Virus record (IMG/VR): IMGVR_UViG_3300046005_000547
Span: 62,001 to 126,000 of that record
DNA length: 64,000 nucleotides
Direction: 5' to 3' (one strand)
Shown here piece after piece: positions 28,201 through 39,067 of this stretch. Under the pieces are notes generated by a model, which saw only the letters and a program-made list of their open reading frames with translations, had not been told where the DNA came from and did no database searches. The position numbers were made by a program, and so were the translations under genes. Each line of letters begins with the position of its first letter. The stretch's first letter is position 1.

Positions 28201-31200
28201 GTTCCAATAGCAGCTGATGTAGCATTATCCCAAATCTTCAATAAGAAATAATCATCAACCATCGTTCCCAGTGTTGTAATACTTCCAGAAGATATTTTAT
28301 CTTGGATAGTGTCTTCTGCATTTATATAGAACCCAGAATCACCTTTAGTGTTTATACTAATACCACCCGTAGTGCTACCATTCGATACACTAATTTTAAA
28401 ATCTCCAGTTTTACCAGAAATGTTTTTAATGTTAACGGAAGCAACGCCTCTAAAGTTTATTGCTGGTGTTAAATTACCACTGACGTCTATAGATGTTATA
28501 TTAGTTGTTGAAGCCACTTCTGATGTATTAACATAAAATACATCAATTTTAACATCTGTTGATAAATTCAATGAATTAGAATTGATAATCTTTAATGAAT
28601 GATTATCTACGTATCTATCAAAATTATTTGGATTAATACTAACCAATCCAGTTGAATATTTTGGAACTGGATTGATTGAATTTGATAATGTATACGATTT
28701 CACCCCATTTTTAAATACAACAGATTGAATTTCATTTGAGAAAGCAATGTTTGTGTTATCTGATTTAATTTGAATGATTCTAATATAAAATGTATCATTC
28801 GCATTTTTAGAATCTGTATTCAAATTAACGGAAAATCCATTATTGAAATTAGGGACAGAATAATACAATACGTTACTTGTACCAAATTTAGAAACAATGT
28901 TTGAATTGGTTGGAGTGACATTTGTTAATGTATTGTAATTACTAGATACAACAAAATTACTTGGAACTACGGTCAATAAAGAATACGGATCGTTTGGTGA
29001 AATTAAAACGTAAGTCGTTGTAGTTCCACTAATGTTACTTGACACTTTATAATTTTCAACAACATTATATTTCATCTGAACAGAAGCATTATTTGTAACA
29101 TCATTACTCAACGTAATCGTATCAACAAAAGATGGAGCATTCTGTAATTTAAGAACACCGACACCGGGAACATAACTTGGTGTATCATCAAAAGATTGTT
29201 CATTCTGTAATTTAAGAACACCGACACCGGAAACATAACTTGGTGTATCATTATATGTCGATTTGTAACTAATACATTCTACTTTAATGGGAGCAACCAA
29301 AGAAGAACTTGAAACAGGAGTAGAAGTGTTATTCTGAACATAAACAGTTCTTGTTACAAATTTACTGGAATCAAATGAATCTTCAACTGTAATAGGAGAT
29401 GTTATTCTTACTCCATTAACATCCGTGGACAAATCAACCAAATCAGATGAAATTCTATATTTCAAAGAAGACGTTGCCGTGGCAGAAGATGCTCTAATTT
29501 TGATTTCAATTTTCTTAGGTTTATCTGAATCCGTTACGTTGACGACTGTTTGGAATTCTTCTTTTGTTGTTGCATCATAAAATTTAACTACAAACGAAAT
29601 ATCCAATTTCTTTAACGTAATTTCTTGGTCAGTTTTTGTTGCTAATTTAGTTGTACCAGTAGTGTTATCCGTTACAGTCAAAGCTAATTGATGGTCCGTG
29701 GATAATCCTGATATAACATTTCTAGCGAAAGTAACTGATGTATTTCCACCAACAGATAATGTAGCAGAACCCGTTAGATTTGAACTAGACAACTTATTCA
29801 ACGCAACAGAATTATTGACGCTTGATAACACCCAAGAGATATTTCTAGATACATAATTATCTAATGCAGCAATGATGTACGTTACAGTTTCTCCATCATC
29901 TAAGATTTTATCATCACATCCAGATTTAGAAATACCGAAAGAGGGTGTTGTCGCATTTACATTTAATGTATCTTCACCATTTGTTAATGGATGTTTAACA
30001 CCTGCAACAATTCTCAAATTATTTGGAGCAGTTGATTTTAATGTAAATGTCTTAGGAGTTGCCAATGACGTTAAAGTAGCGGATCCAGATAAAATTTGAC
30101 CATCAGCGAATACAGAAGAACCACTTGTTGCTATCTCGCTTGTTCCATCTAATCCCTCCACTATTGTACCAGAACCACCAACGACCTTCAAATACCAATT
30201 TACGATATCCGCTGGATTAACATTGGTTGATGTAAATTTAACTTTGAATGTTTGAGTTGTCGTAGAAGATAATGAAGGTAAATCCACACCACCAGTATTT
30301 GTAAATTGAGTACCAACACTTTTCTTTGCTGCTTTTAATAATGTTAAATGTACAGAATTCTTTGTATTACCATTACAATCCGTTACGATATTAAACAATG
30401 AATCGTCTAAATTACCAATGTAATTCTTAATGGTTACAGTGAAAGTAGCGACACCAGAACCATCTAGATAAACTGTTGAATTTGATAAACTATACAAACT
30501 AGAAACCAAATTTGAAACAGAAACTTTAACTTGTTTTTCAGAATTTGTTTTAGATGCATATGCACTACCATAAGAAGAAGTCAACGTACAAGTTAAAATA
30601 TCTCCTGATACAATAGTAGACCCTTCAGCAACTTCACTACCAGCGCGTTTTACAGATAATGTAAAGTTCTCTTGAGTTTTATCAACGTACAATAATGTTT
30701 GAGCACCACCACCTTTATTGTCATCAGATAATGTCAATCTAATCGTATAAGGTTTATCTAATGTTCCGATTGTCGTGACAGAAACATTTTTGCTTGTTTT
30801 TGTGAAATAACCAGCACCACTAGAAACAGAGAACTTACTCGAGTAAGAAGCAATTGGACTAAAACTATTTCCACTCTCACTCACTTCCAATAGATATGGA
30901 ACTTGTTCTGCAGCATATACAGGAAAATCGTAATAATTTGTGTTTAAAATAAACGATGCAGATTGATTTGGTATAATATGACCAAAAATATCACCAGATG
31001 TAGCAACATTAAAGTTTTTCTTTACATATTTACCAACAACCAATGTCTTTTTAGAAATAGAAACACCTAGATCGTCTCCGAAGATGAATTCAAATGAACC
31101 ATTTTTATCTAAGAAATCACCAACTGAAATTGGGTATTTAATAGATTGAGTTGGAGTTGATGTATTTGTATGGAATGAATCTACGTTCGCTCCAGTTACA

Positions 31201-34200
31201 ATCATTCCATCTTTTTTGACTGTTAATGTGATTACTCTATCTGTTTCGCAATTTGTTGATGTAAATGTCAAATCAATTGTATTGTTTGTATCTACATCAA
31301 CTTTAATTGGAGACTCAACAGAGTATTCCGTATTAACAGGATTCAATAATTTAATCGATTCTGTTACAACACTACCATAAGAGAATTCTGGGTAATCAAT
31401 TGCTGGTTTAGATGTATCAGAACCAACTGTAATTGTTAAATTAATCACTCTTTCAGATTGAAAGATTAAATCTTCATGTGGTTTAAGATTTATAACAGCG
31501 TCACCTAATGCATCTACAGAAAATGTAAATGAATTCAAATTTGAAATTGGAGTAATTACACTACCAACTGTTACATTTGAAATACCAAATCCAGAAGATG
31601 TTCCACCAGTTACATTAATAGAACCTGTATACGTAACCTTTGGATTCCCATTTTGGACATTAAATTTGAACGAAACCAATTCACCTTCTTTAACAATATA
31701 TGTCGAAGGTAAAACGTTATAAACGGCAGATGGTCTAGTTTTTTTAATTTTGGTCAATGGATTAACGGATACAACTTCATCGGTGATAACTGGAATCGGA
31801 GATTCATCTGTATATCGTAACGATTGAGCAATGTTATATGTTGTTTCAGCAGTTGATGATGAATACTGAATACCAGCTGGTGTGTCTGTAAATGTTACAT
31901 TAAATTTAGATCCCAAGAACATTGCTGGAATATAAATGTATCCTTCATAAGATCCTTTAGAATCAGTGAATTGTTCGGCACTCGATTTTTGACCAGCAAC
32001 TTGCCACCCTTTTTCTTGTATTTCACCTTCAAAGAAATAATAGATTTTTACATTTGGTAACATTCCAGTTAATTTAACTTTTACTACATTTTCTCTTGTA
32101 GTCCCTTGAATCAATTTAACTACATTATATGTTTGACCTTGAACCACTTGATTTTTCTGAGAATTTAATTCCAAGAAATCTTGAGTGTCGGTTATTCCAG
32201 TTGTAATATCAGCAGTTTCACCACCAGGTTTCCAAGAGCCAAAAATAGTAACTTTGGTTCTTTCTGTATTTTCATTACCAATCAATAATTGTCTTGCTGT
32301 ATTTGTGTCTATTGCTTCTTCTTGGAATACAGTGTAATCTGAATCAGGAGTAAGAACAGCGTTACCTTTTGAATTATAAACACTATATGGATTCGCCGAT
32401 ACAGCAGTAGAAGCCATCATTTGTGAATATAAAACTCGTTCCGTGTATGGTAATGTTATTGTATTCTCATGCACACTTGTTGTAATTGGATTATTCGAAG
32501 GACTCAATCCACCCGTATCCAATAAGAACCCAGGACGTAATTCATTATTTTCAAAATCAATTGAGAATTTGAAATTTGAATTATCATTAGAAGGAGCTCC
32601 AATTAGAACTTCTGGATTTGTTACGTCCGCAATGTTATATCCTTTGAACGAATCAACTAAAAAACCATTGTTGAATAACGGAACACCATTATCATCTGTA
32701 AATGTTTTTGTTGATGTTTCCTTTTCAAGTAAAGATAATGAAGTGTAGTATTCAACATTTTCTAAACGTTTATCCAATGTACCAATATCTCTCATGGTAT
32801 ATCGTTTATTTTTGTACAACAATGTTTTTACGTTTGAACTATTGTCTGTGAATGGTTCAAACGTGAATGAACAAATATCCATGACATCTTTACCACTCGA
32901 AGGAGTGATTGGAGAATCATAAGAAGGTTGTCCTTTCAATAACGTAAATGTACCATTTTTATCTAATACCAATTTATCAATACGTTGTAGATAATAATCC
33001 ACATTCACTGTTATGACTTGATTAGATAACGGTAATGTAAATGTATCGAATTCCAAAGAATCTTTACGTTGGACTGGTCTAAAATCAATACAATTTCTCA
33101 ATTTGTATTCAATACCATATCCATCTGTATATTTTGGTAATGATGGATATGGAACAGCAACGTCGTATGAATTTACATAAATTGGACCATCACCAGAATG
33201 TTCAAAATAATCAACAACAATTAAGATATTTTCAGAAACATTAGCATCTTTAATTTTTTTAATGGTTGCATGTAGATAAGAAGAATTAGTTTGACCTTTA
33301 TCAATAGAATATTTGTATGAAACATCCGTCAATTCTACACCTAAAGTAGTGCCTGTGATGTAATATGCTTTGTTATCTTTAATTACAATAGAATTACTTG
33401 GATAATTGTATCCATCAATATAAGTCAATGAATCTCTTGTAATAGGATCCCCTGAATACAAATAGACGCCGACAACTCTGTTAACATCAGACACACCAAT
33501 AGAATTGTTTAATGCGGACGAACTATATTCAAATGCAATACCATAATCTTTTCTTAGAATTTTCGTTCTTGATGCGTTACCAGAATTATAGATTGTTGTC
33601 GTTACACTAACGGTTCCATTGAAAGAAGAATCATTGAAATTCAATTCTGCTGTTGAACTAGAACCAATAGGATTATTAACAGTCAACGTTGAATTTGATG
33701 CATCAATAATACTACCAACAGGGAAGTTGGTTTCATTAGATGATGTCAATACGTTGATGATGTAATGTTCATTGATAGAAGAACCAGTTGATGCATCGAA
33801 ATCTTTATACGCAGAACCAGAAGAAAGAGTACAAACACCATTATATACATTCGCTGAATTGTATGTAATCTTAGAGGTGTATCTTAAATTGTTAATTGAT
33901 TTAACAGTGATATTTGGAACCTGGAAAACCAATAATTGTTTATTTGTATCTTTAATGGTTTCACTAACTGGTTTCAAATGTGATGTTACATTAGAAGCAT
34001 TGGTCCATGTAATATCAGAAACATCTTTGAATTTGTATCCTTTGGTATCAACATCATCCAAGAACAATTTGAATACACCTAATGTTGAATAATCAACACC
34101 AATACAGATTGCAGTTCCAATGATTCTTGAAGCTGAATCAAAGAATGTTAATTCCGTTCTTTTATTTGCCGTTGGTAAGAATCCAGGCGTAATTAAACTC

Positions 34201-35489
34201 ACTTCGATGTAATTGCCATATTGTGATGATATGATATGGTCATTTTCTGTTGAGAATTCTCTTGATTTATCTAATTCAATGAATGATGTTCTATTCTTAT
34301 CAACTTCATATCCTTTGATATATGCTTTACCGGCAGAGATTGATAATTGTAATTTATTCTCATCCGCATCATCATAGATTGTTGGTAGTAATCCTTCTAC
34401 AATATAATTACCTGATTCATCGTATGTTCTTCTGGCGAATTCTTCTGCGATGTTCGAATAGATAGGTTTTCTATTGTCAACAGTTACAACACCATTGCTG
34501 ATGTGAGATAAATCAATGAAATCTTGACTTGATAATAATTTGTCTTGATATGATTTTGTTTCCAACTTCAACGAAATCATATATCTATCTGCGCCTGGAG
34601 CAGCGAAATTGTTTGAACCAAAAGAAGGATCCAATAAAGAAGGATCTTCATCTGATGTAACAATAGATTCAACTGGAGTCAATCCAATTACAGCAGACAC
34701 ACCAATTTTATAGAAATTATTGGTTGCTGTATCTAATTGGATAATCTTTTCTAATGTCAATGATACATTAGATTCAATAGAAGCAACTGTACCAACGTAT
34801 TTTGATGTGAAAATATCATCACCAACTTTTACGTCAGTTAAGAATGTTGTTTCGATACCTGTTACAACTGTTCCACCTTTTGTGAATGAGATAGAACCAT
34901 TTAAAAATGTATCGTATTTCTTTACAACAGTAGTTTGAGGTGGACAATAGACGAATGTATTTTTTGTATAGAATACACCTTCATTGATATGGAACAATAC
35001 CGATTTACCTGGAACTTCCGCTGTTTCCGCTGTATACAATAACACATCAGTTTTTGTGTAAATTCTAATGGTAGAATTTGGATCCAAATCAACATCGCTG
35101 AATTTTGTATCACCACCAGAAACTAAGATGGCAAAAATTGTGACGTAATCGGCACCAGAAACTGGAGTTGCGTGTTTAATCAAAAAACTTCTGTTATCAG
35201 AAGTTTTGAATGTCATATCAACTAATGATGTTATATCAACTGGTAATGAAGTATTTGTTTTGATTTTGAAATATGTAACAAAATCATAGAAATGTTCACC
35301 ACCAGATACAACAGAACCGTCTTGGAAGATATGATTGGCAAACTTTGCTGTTTGATTTTTAAGAATTGATTGGATCTGAGAGAATTCTCTTGCTTGGCAA
35401 GCTACGCCAGGTTTGAATAGAATTTTATGGAAATTCTTTGTTTCATCAAAATCATCGAAGTATGGAGATACATTGTGATTCATTGTCAT
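25221..35489 (-). CDS. Giant baseplate/tail-associated structural protein (DUF4815/VrlC-like) with a long beta-rich insertion
   Basis: NVSPYFDDFD..KILFKPG..QARE, APGADR, FARRTYDESGNY, KRYTMRDIG.L.KR.ENVEYYTSLSLLE, DPVAQTF, FMSQNARTW..DQ..DL.F, C-terminal PRVRNLRAIA. Confidence 0.8.
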   Translation of the reverse strand: MTMNHNVSPYFDDFDETKNFHKILFKPGVACQAREFSQIQSILKNQTAKFANHIFQDGSVVSGGEHFYDFVTYFKIKTNTSLPVDITSLVDMTFKTSDNRSFLIKHATPVSGADYVTIFAILVSGGDTKFSDVDLDPNSTIRIYTKTDVLLYTAETAEVPGKSVLFHINEGVFYTKNTFVYCPPQTTVVKKYDTFLNGSISFTKGGTVVTGIETTFLTDVKVGDDIFTSKYVGTVASIESNVSLTLEKIIQLDTATNNFYKIGVSAVIGLTPVESIVTSDEDPSLLDPSFGSNNFAAPGADRYMISLKLETKSYQDKLLSSQDFIDLSHISNGVVTVDNRKPIYSNIAEEFARRTYDESGNYIVEGLLPTIYDDADENKLQLSISAGKAYIKGYEVDKNRTSFIELDKSREFSTENDHIISSQYGNYIEVSLITPGFLPTANKRTELTFFDSASRIIGTAICIGVDYSTLGVFKLFLDDVDTKGYKFKDVSDITWTNASNVTSHLKPVSETIKDTNKQLLVFQVPNITVKSINNLRYTSKITYNSANVYNGVCTLSSGSAYKDFDASTGSSINEHYIINVLTSSNETNFPVGSIIDASNSTLTVNNPIGSSSTAELNFNDSSFNGTVSVTTTIYNSGNASRTKILRKDYGIAFEYSSSALNNSIGVSDVNRVVGVYLYSGDPITRDSLTYIDGYNYPSNSIVIKDNKAYYITGTTLGVELTDVSYKYSIDKGQTNSSYLHATIKKIKDANVSENILIVVDYFEHSGDGPIYVNSYDVAVPYPSLPKYTDGYGIEYKLRNCIDFRPVQRKDSLEFDTFTLPLSNQVITVNVDYYLQRIDKLVLDKNGTFTLLKGQPSYDSPITPSSGKDVMDICSFTFEPFTDNSSNVKTLLYKNKRYTMRDIGTLDKRLENVEYYTSLSLLEKETSTKTFTDDNGVPLFNNGFLVDSFKGYNIADVTNPEVLIGAPSNDNSNFKFSIDFENNELRPGFLLDTGGLSPSNNPITTSVHENTITLPYTERVLYSQMMASTAVSANPYSVYNSKGNAVLTPDSDYTVFQEEAIDTNTARQLLIGNENTERTKVTIFGSWKPGGETADITTGITDTQDFLELNSQKNQVVQGQTYNVVKLIQGTTRENVVKVKLTGMLPNVKIYYFFEGEIQEKGWQVAGQKSSAEQFTDSKGSYEGYIYIPAMFLGSKFNVTFTDTPAGIQYSSSTAETTYNIAQSLRYTDESPIPVITDEVVSVNPLTKIKKTRPSAVYNVLPSTYIVKEGELVSFKFNVQNGNPKVTYTGSINVTGGTSSGFGISNVTVGSVITPISNLNSFTFSVDALGDAVINLKPHEDLIFQSERVINLTITVGSDTSKPAIDYPEFSYGSVVTESIKLLNPVNTEYSVESPIKVDVDTNNTIDLTFTSTNCETDRVITLTVKKDGMIVTGANVDSFHTNTSTPTQSIKYPISVGDFLDKNGSFEFIFGDDLGVSISKKTLVVGKYVKKNFNVATSGDIFGHIIPNQSASFILNTNYYDFPVYAAEQVPYLLEVSESGNSFSPIASYSSKFSVSSGAGYFTKTSKNVSVTTIGTLDKPYTIRLTLSDDNKGGGAQTLLYVDKTQENFTLSVKRAGSEVAEGSTIVSGDILTCTLTSSYGSAYASKTNSEKQVKVSVSNLVSSLYSLSNSTVYLDGSGVATFTVTIKNYIGNLDDSLFNIVTDCNGNTKNSVHLTLLKAAKKSVGTQFTNTGGVDLPSLSSTTTQTFKVKFTSTNVNPADIVNWYLKVVGGSGTIVEGLDGTSEIATSGSSVFADGQILSGSATLTSLATPKTFTLKSTAPNNLRIVAGVKHPLTNGEDTLNVNATTPSFGISKSGCDDKILDDGETVTYIIAALDNYVSRNISWVLSSVNNSVALNKLSSSNLTGSATLSVGGNTSVTFARNVISGLSTDHQLALTVTDNTTGTTKLATKTDQEITLKKLDISFVVKFYDATTKEEFQTVVNVTDSDKPKKIEIKIRASSATATSSLKYRISSDLVDLSTDVNGVRITSPITVEDSFDSSKFVTRTVYVQNNTSTPVSSSSLVAPIKVECISYKSTYNDTPSYVSGVGVLKLQNEQSFDDTPSYVPGVGVLKLQNAPSFVDTITLSNDVTNNASVQMKYNVVENYKVSSNISGTTTTYVLISPNDPYSLLTVVPSNFVVSSNYNTLTNVTPTNSNIVSKFGTSNVLYYSVPNFNNGFSVNLNTDSKNANDTFYIRIIQIKSDNTNIAFSNEIQSVVFKNGVKSYTLSNSINPVPKYSTGLVSINPNNFDRYVDNHSLKIINSNSLNLSTDVKIDVFYVNTSEVASTTNITSIDVSGNLTPAINFRGVASVNIKNISGKTGDFKISVSNGSTTGGISINTKGDSGFYINAEDTIQDKISSGSITTLGTMVDDYFLLKIWDNATSAAIGTGITYYDAFQNTLTVLPSGYVKLQNYKDVNGERRFDFYYKITAGYIVSTSKDIKFYTKDAGSTETKTVRKCSLGVSETGSYEISSDCDTLSTAVGTKQNDGSLKSIASVTVKSSNISNDGSILNLTFNVSSANITPCNVDGSLISNQPTIVSYTLPKGNSSKTFYFKNATPADKIILNEVMTLSVSGRASDASILSTKSTTTANFINVSVPYRSISFESNGSPITEVVEGEKFNVKVTDTYKTETSSKLIFNPNLISCSTASNNELITLRKDFIDSYIVPVVAVNDNVSNTTSSSAIFSVGDVSNSIIIKEAPASAATINITSLQTTDVYETSGEISFRVDTTYLDTGTIIPFGWTIGDNVVNLTSVLVNGTDYKNNTSPALTVGTVSGANKTYSTTIKLKFNANYSISKSADITVFVNGSSVKSNTSNSITIPVNVSPSSSGNKLTGSENVLNKDKPANFAPIIVFSDISAAEKKTLALGYKYEYHIPYTIGVLDIDARSAVGAKKYTGSVSLSVDVPSAGNVVSRGTATLDVTSFNGDFRQGVITLSKGFHGDFDIKLTATLDDGKTTTGSFKSDIGKPFSLDPVAQTFYVSPDDYPNGLFLSKTDIFFYSKPSDTNIPVWIELRKTVNGYPKSDSKLEFSRVELQNSSVNVPSSLVGVITPVPTTFTFSDPIYIPPGEYSIIIGSSSKEYKVFVGELGQIDVSNGKIISENNPDGSVGSFFMSQNARTWNADQLKDLMFRLYKCEFDTNTNQEIVLEMKPNNTNFETDIVHLNSPENVIPGTSSKYSVSLTGNFIDYHEVDNNKDVLLSSRTKPASAYKLKTVLSSTDNNVSPIIQKQKINTKFIHNLINPKMNLIKQETDPSDGDALSKYVTKKVTLSEGFDATGVRVILDVNRQYGTEIEVYVKLIQNEDYSNFKGKDYILLPLTGTKSYSRNNDDFIIDEYKLDNISYVYGDKTFESFKSFAVKVVMYSDNPAKVPRVRNLRAIATS
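29120..29251 (-). repeat. 63-bp in-frame tandem duplication (DTPSYVxGVGVLKLQN x2)
   Basis: cattctgtaatttaagaacaccgacaccgg at 29138 and 29201. Confidence 0.85.
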
Positions 35490-35510
35490 TTGTTATTCCT
35501 TTAAAAATAA

Positions 35511-37100
35511 TTAAAATTTAATTATTGTTCGTAAATTTATAGATTGTTCGTCTGTCTTGAGGAATGCATCTCTGTTATCAACATACAAAATGTCACCACT
35601 CATTCTATCCAAATTTGGTTGTGTTATTGTATCGCAAGAATAGCTTTTTGTTGTATCCAACGATTTCAATACAATTTCTTTGGTCAATTCAAAATTATCC
35701 AATGATTGTAATAATAATCCATTATCATCTGATGATATAACTAAGAATCGTTTGCCCGCATGTTCTGGATTATATACATAAAGAATCATATCGTCTGGAA
35801 AATCAGAACGATTAAAAGATCCACTAGCCGATGTTCCGTAACAAGTAGATCCGATGGTAGCACTAAATGATTTTCCCGATAAATCGGTTGGTGATTTCAT
35901 GACACCAAATTGTCTGAAATCATTATTAACCGAAAATCCTTCAACCTTATCTTCCCTAACATTACAGAAGAACATCAATCTGGATGCAACCATTTCTTTA
36001 ACTGCATTTTTACCATGACCAGAAACAGGAGATACAATAGGTCTAACGATAGCGTTTGTCCCACCACCAGCATCTGTAATAGTCGCAGTTGCGTAAGAAT
36101 AACCAGAACCTTTATTTGTTATAACAATCTTGGAAATTTGATTACTTGAATTTATTTGTACAATTCCTGTACATCCAGCACCATCTCCTGATATAGTTAC
36201 AACTGGTTCCGAGTAATTATTACCACCATTTTCTATTTTACAAAATTCTATGCTACCTGGAATTGTGTTTAATTCAACATTAGATTGAAACGATTGTACA
36301 TCACCTTTATCTAAAGAACAACTAATGGAAGCACCAGTTCCCGCTCCAAAAATATCTAAAATCAAAAAGTTGACATTGATATACCCTTCTCCTGGATTAT
36401 CAATTCTAACACCCACCAACACCCCACTTTCAATTAATGGAACTAATACAGCACCTGTTCCAGTTTCCGAGTAAGCAGTAATTGTAGTTGTATTAGAATA
36501 TCCAGAACCACCGTTAATGATAATGATGTTATCAATACCACCATTATTATAGTGTCTAGATGTTATGGCAGTTGTAACGGGAAAGAATGCTTCTGTTAAG
36601 AATTTGTTTCTAAGAATCAACGGAATGGTCATGATGAATTTCCATCTATAACCATCTGATGTAACAAATGATTCATAACCTGTATCTAATGGTTCGATTG
36701 TTGATTCTTTATTGTTATTATTATCTAAACAAAAATAGACATCATAATGAGAATTTACAACATAGAATTTGGCATTTTCTAATGAAGAAGAACCGGAGTA
36801 AGATAAATTGTTTGGTGAATATGAATCGTCATAATGGTCAAAAATTACACCAGAACTCCAATTTACTCTTGGAACAACAAACGATACGTCATTGAAATTG
36901 ATACGTTTCAACATAATCATATCATTTCTAATTTTGTTTTCATACTTCGGATTGTTGTATGGAGTTTCAACAACAGAAGACCCATTATTTGCGATTGTCT
37001 TACCTAGATAATAATAGAATTTCGATGAATTGGTTCTAATTTCTCGTAGGATAGAATCCGCAATAGTATTGTGGAAATTTGATGTAATTGAATATGACAT
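35511..37100 (-). CDS. Baseplate wedge subunit (gp8-like)
   Basis: VVPRVNWSSG, FYVVNSHYDVYFCLDN, DGYRWKF, GHGKNA..E, NDFRQFG, SGDILYVDNR. Confidence 0.85.
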   Translation of the reverse strand: MSYSITSNFHNTIADSILREIRTNSSKFYYYLGKTIANNGSSVVETPYNNPKYENKIRNDMIMLKRINFNDVSFVVPRVNWSSGVIFDHYDDSYSPNNLSYSGSSSLENAKFYVVNSHYDVYFCLDNNNNKESTIEPLDTGYESFVTSDGYRWKFIMTIPLILRNKFLTEAFFPVTTAITSRHYNNGGIDNIIIINGGSGYSNTTTITAYSETGTGAVLVPLIESGVLVGVRIDNPGEGYINVNFLILDIFGAGTGASISCSLDKGDVQSFQSNVELNTIPGSIEFCKIENGGNNYSEPVVTISGDGAGCTGIVQINSSNQISKIVITNKGSGYSYATATITDAGGGTNAIVRPIVSPVSGHGKNAVKEMVASRLMFFCNVREDKVEGFSVNNDFRQFGVMKSPTDLSGKSFSATIGSTCYGTSASGSFNRSDFPDDMILYVYNPEHAGKRFLVISSDDNGLLLQSLDNFELTKEIVLKSLDTTKSYSCDTITQPNLDRMSGDILYVDNRDAFLKTDEQSINLRTIIKF

Positions 37101-37101
37101 A

Positions 37102-37551
37102 TTATGCTATCGTAATTACCCAAGAAATTGTAATAGAATCACCAGATGCTTTATTGATTACAGGAAATGTCGTTCTGGATAACATATTAGTTGTTGTACC
37201 AGTAATATCATTGAATAATCCTGCTTCTGTGATTGCTCCAGCAGAAACACCAGCTCCAAAAGACGCAGTGAACGTAATACTGTTATCCGTGACAGTCGAA
37301 GAAGACAAAGCAATTCTTGAACCAATTTGAGTTTGTAATACCAAATCGTTGACTGTCGGGGTATTTGTTCCAGATCCTACAGCCATATGCGAAATAGGTT
37401 GAGTGTTGGTAACTAATCTATTGGCAATTAGATTCTTACCGGTTGTTACAACTAAATTTGGAATAAAACGATTGTCGGTGATAATACCTAATTCATTTGT
37501 TTTTGTAATGGTCAATGAACCATTTATGGTTGCTGATGAATTGATTTTCAT
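37102..37551 (-). CDS. Baseplate-region virion protein
   Basis: NLVVTTG..IA.RL, MAVGSG, AITEAGLFN, FPVINK...ITISW. Confidence 0.7.
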   Translation of the reverse strand: MKINSSATINGSLTITKTNELGIITDNRFIPNLVVTTGKNLIANRLVTNTQPISHMAVGSGTNTPTVNDLVLQTQIGSRIALSSSTVTDNSITFTASFGAGVSAGAITEAGLFNDITGTTTNMLSRTTFPVINKASGDSITISWVITIA

Positions 37552-37557
37552 AAATTC

Positions 37558-39066
37558 CTAGAATGAGTAAATTGTTGTTCCTTCAGAATAATCTGTTAGG
37601 AAATAATCTTCAACAGTGTATGATAGAATCCCGTCGTGTAATCTAATTACACCAGATTCAGTTGCATTTATTGTATCAGTTAAAGACTTCGTAATATATG
37701 TTGTTATTGTATCTAAATTATTTATTGTGTCTAATAACGGTTTTACAATTTCACTAAATGTTTGGTCATTTAACGTAGACACCAAATCTTGTACAAATAA
37801 TTTATAATCAAAAATAGCACTATTCACGGATGCCGACATATCTATTTCATTTGTAATAGAATATTCAGAGAACATCGCATATCCGGCCGGATTTAAAATT
37901 CTCTTGACGACATCTTTAAATTTATCAATGTTTTCAGATATTTGGATTACATATGAAAACAATTGGTAATAATGATTGTCTTGTAATACAAACGTATCGG
38001 AAAGGAATCCGTTTGTTGAAGCGTAATATCCTGGATACCGTTGTAATACACCATCATTAAATTCAACGAATGCTACATCAGCGTCGTCGAATGTTCCTTT
38101 ATCGGAAGATAGATCGAAATAAGATTCAGCGATTACTTCACCAGCATAATCATCCATTGAGTAATTTACAGAATACCATTGTTTGGTAAATTGTAATTGT
38201 TCAATGAATCCATTTGTGGTATCAGATAAATTGGGGAAATCAGATACAATAACTTCATCAAATTTTGAGATAACACTGGTGGAGAAATTAGATTTAAACC
38301 CTCTACCAAAATCAAATATCTGAATCTTTTGGATAGCACCCAAATTGTCTGTTCTTATAATTTTAATTTTGGCAAGTTCACCTTCACCACCCTTTACGTT
38401 GAAGATTTGACCTTCTTTGAATCCAGCACCAGGTTTCAATAATTTACAAGAAGATAGACAAGGTTGTATATTACATACAGTATTTTCATGAGAAATTAAA
38501 TCACCAATACTAACATCTGAATAATAAAATGGTTCAAAAAATACTTCGAAACTACCGTTTTGTAAATCTTTTACTCTGGTTACAAACACTTCGAAACTTT
38601 TCTGAGGTGTTGTTATTGTTACGTAATTACCAGAAAATGTATTTGGGTCTCCAGACATAACGGAAACGACAACCGATACGGGTTGAATCCATTTACCATC
38701 AGAAGGTTTCAGAATCAAATCTTTTGGATACGAGATTGTAATTTCTTTACCAAACATATGTCTGAATAGAATCCTGAATGCTTCTTCCGTACCCTTGGAT
38801 GAATAGAATTCCTTTAGATGATGCGTAATGAAATGGTCGTCTTTTGTATTGACACTAGGTATAGACGATCCTAATTGATATTTCAAATGTTCAACAAATA
38901 CATCTAAATTGTCATCCAATGATTTTATGTTATCAAATGTTTTGAATTTAGATTGTTCATTGAATTTGTAATACAATTCCAAGAATGAAATGAATTTAGA
39001 ATACGTTGGGTACGAAAATTCTGGGAATTGAGATAATAACACGGAAGATAATGGTACATTATGCAT
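37558..39066 (-). CDS. Baseplate wedge initiator (gp7-like)
   Basis: QFPEF, FLELYY, FYSSKGTEEAFRILFR, LQDNHYYQLFSYVI, NPAG; start adjusted to ATG 39066. Confidence 0.8.
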   Translation of the reverse strand: MHNVPLSSVLLSQFPEFSYPTYSKFISFLELYYKFNEQSKFKTFDNIKSLDDNLDVFVEHLKYQLGSSIPSVNTKDDHFITHHLKEFYSSKGTEEAFRILFRHMFGKEITISYPKDLILKPSDGKWIQPVSVVVSVMSGDPNTFSGNYVTITTPQKSFEVFVTRVKDLQNGSFEVFFEPFYYSDVSIGDLISHENTVCNIQPCLSSCKLLKPGAGFKEGQIFNVKGGEGELAKIKIIRTDNLGAIQKIQIFDFGRGFKSNFSTSVISKFDEVIVSDFPNLSDTTNGFIEQLQFTKQWYSVNYSMDDYAGEVIAESYFDLSSDKGTFDDADVAFVEFNDGVLQRYPGYYASTNGFLSDTFVLQDNHYYQLFSYVIQISENIDKFKDVVKRILNPAGYAMFSEYSITNEIDMSASVNSAIFDYKLFVQDLVSTLNDQTFSEIVKPLLDTINNLDTITTYITKSLTDTINATESGVIRLHDGILSYTVEDYFLTDYSEGTTIYSF

Positions 39067-39067
39067 A

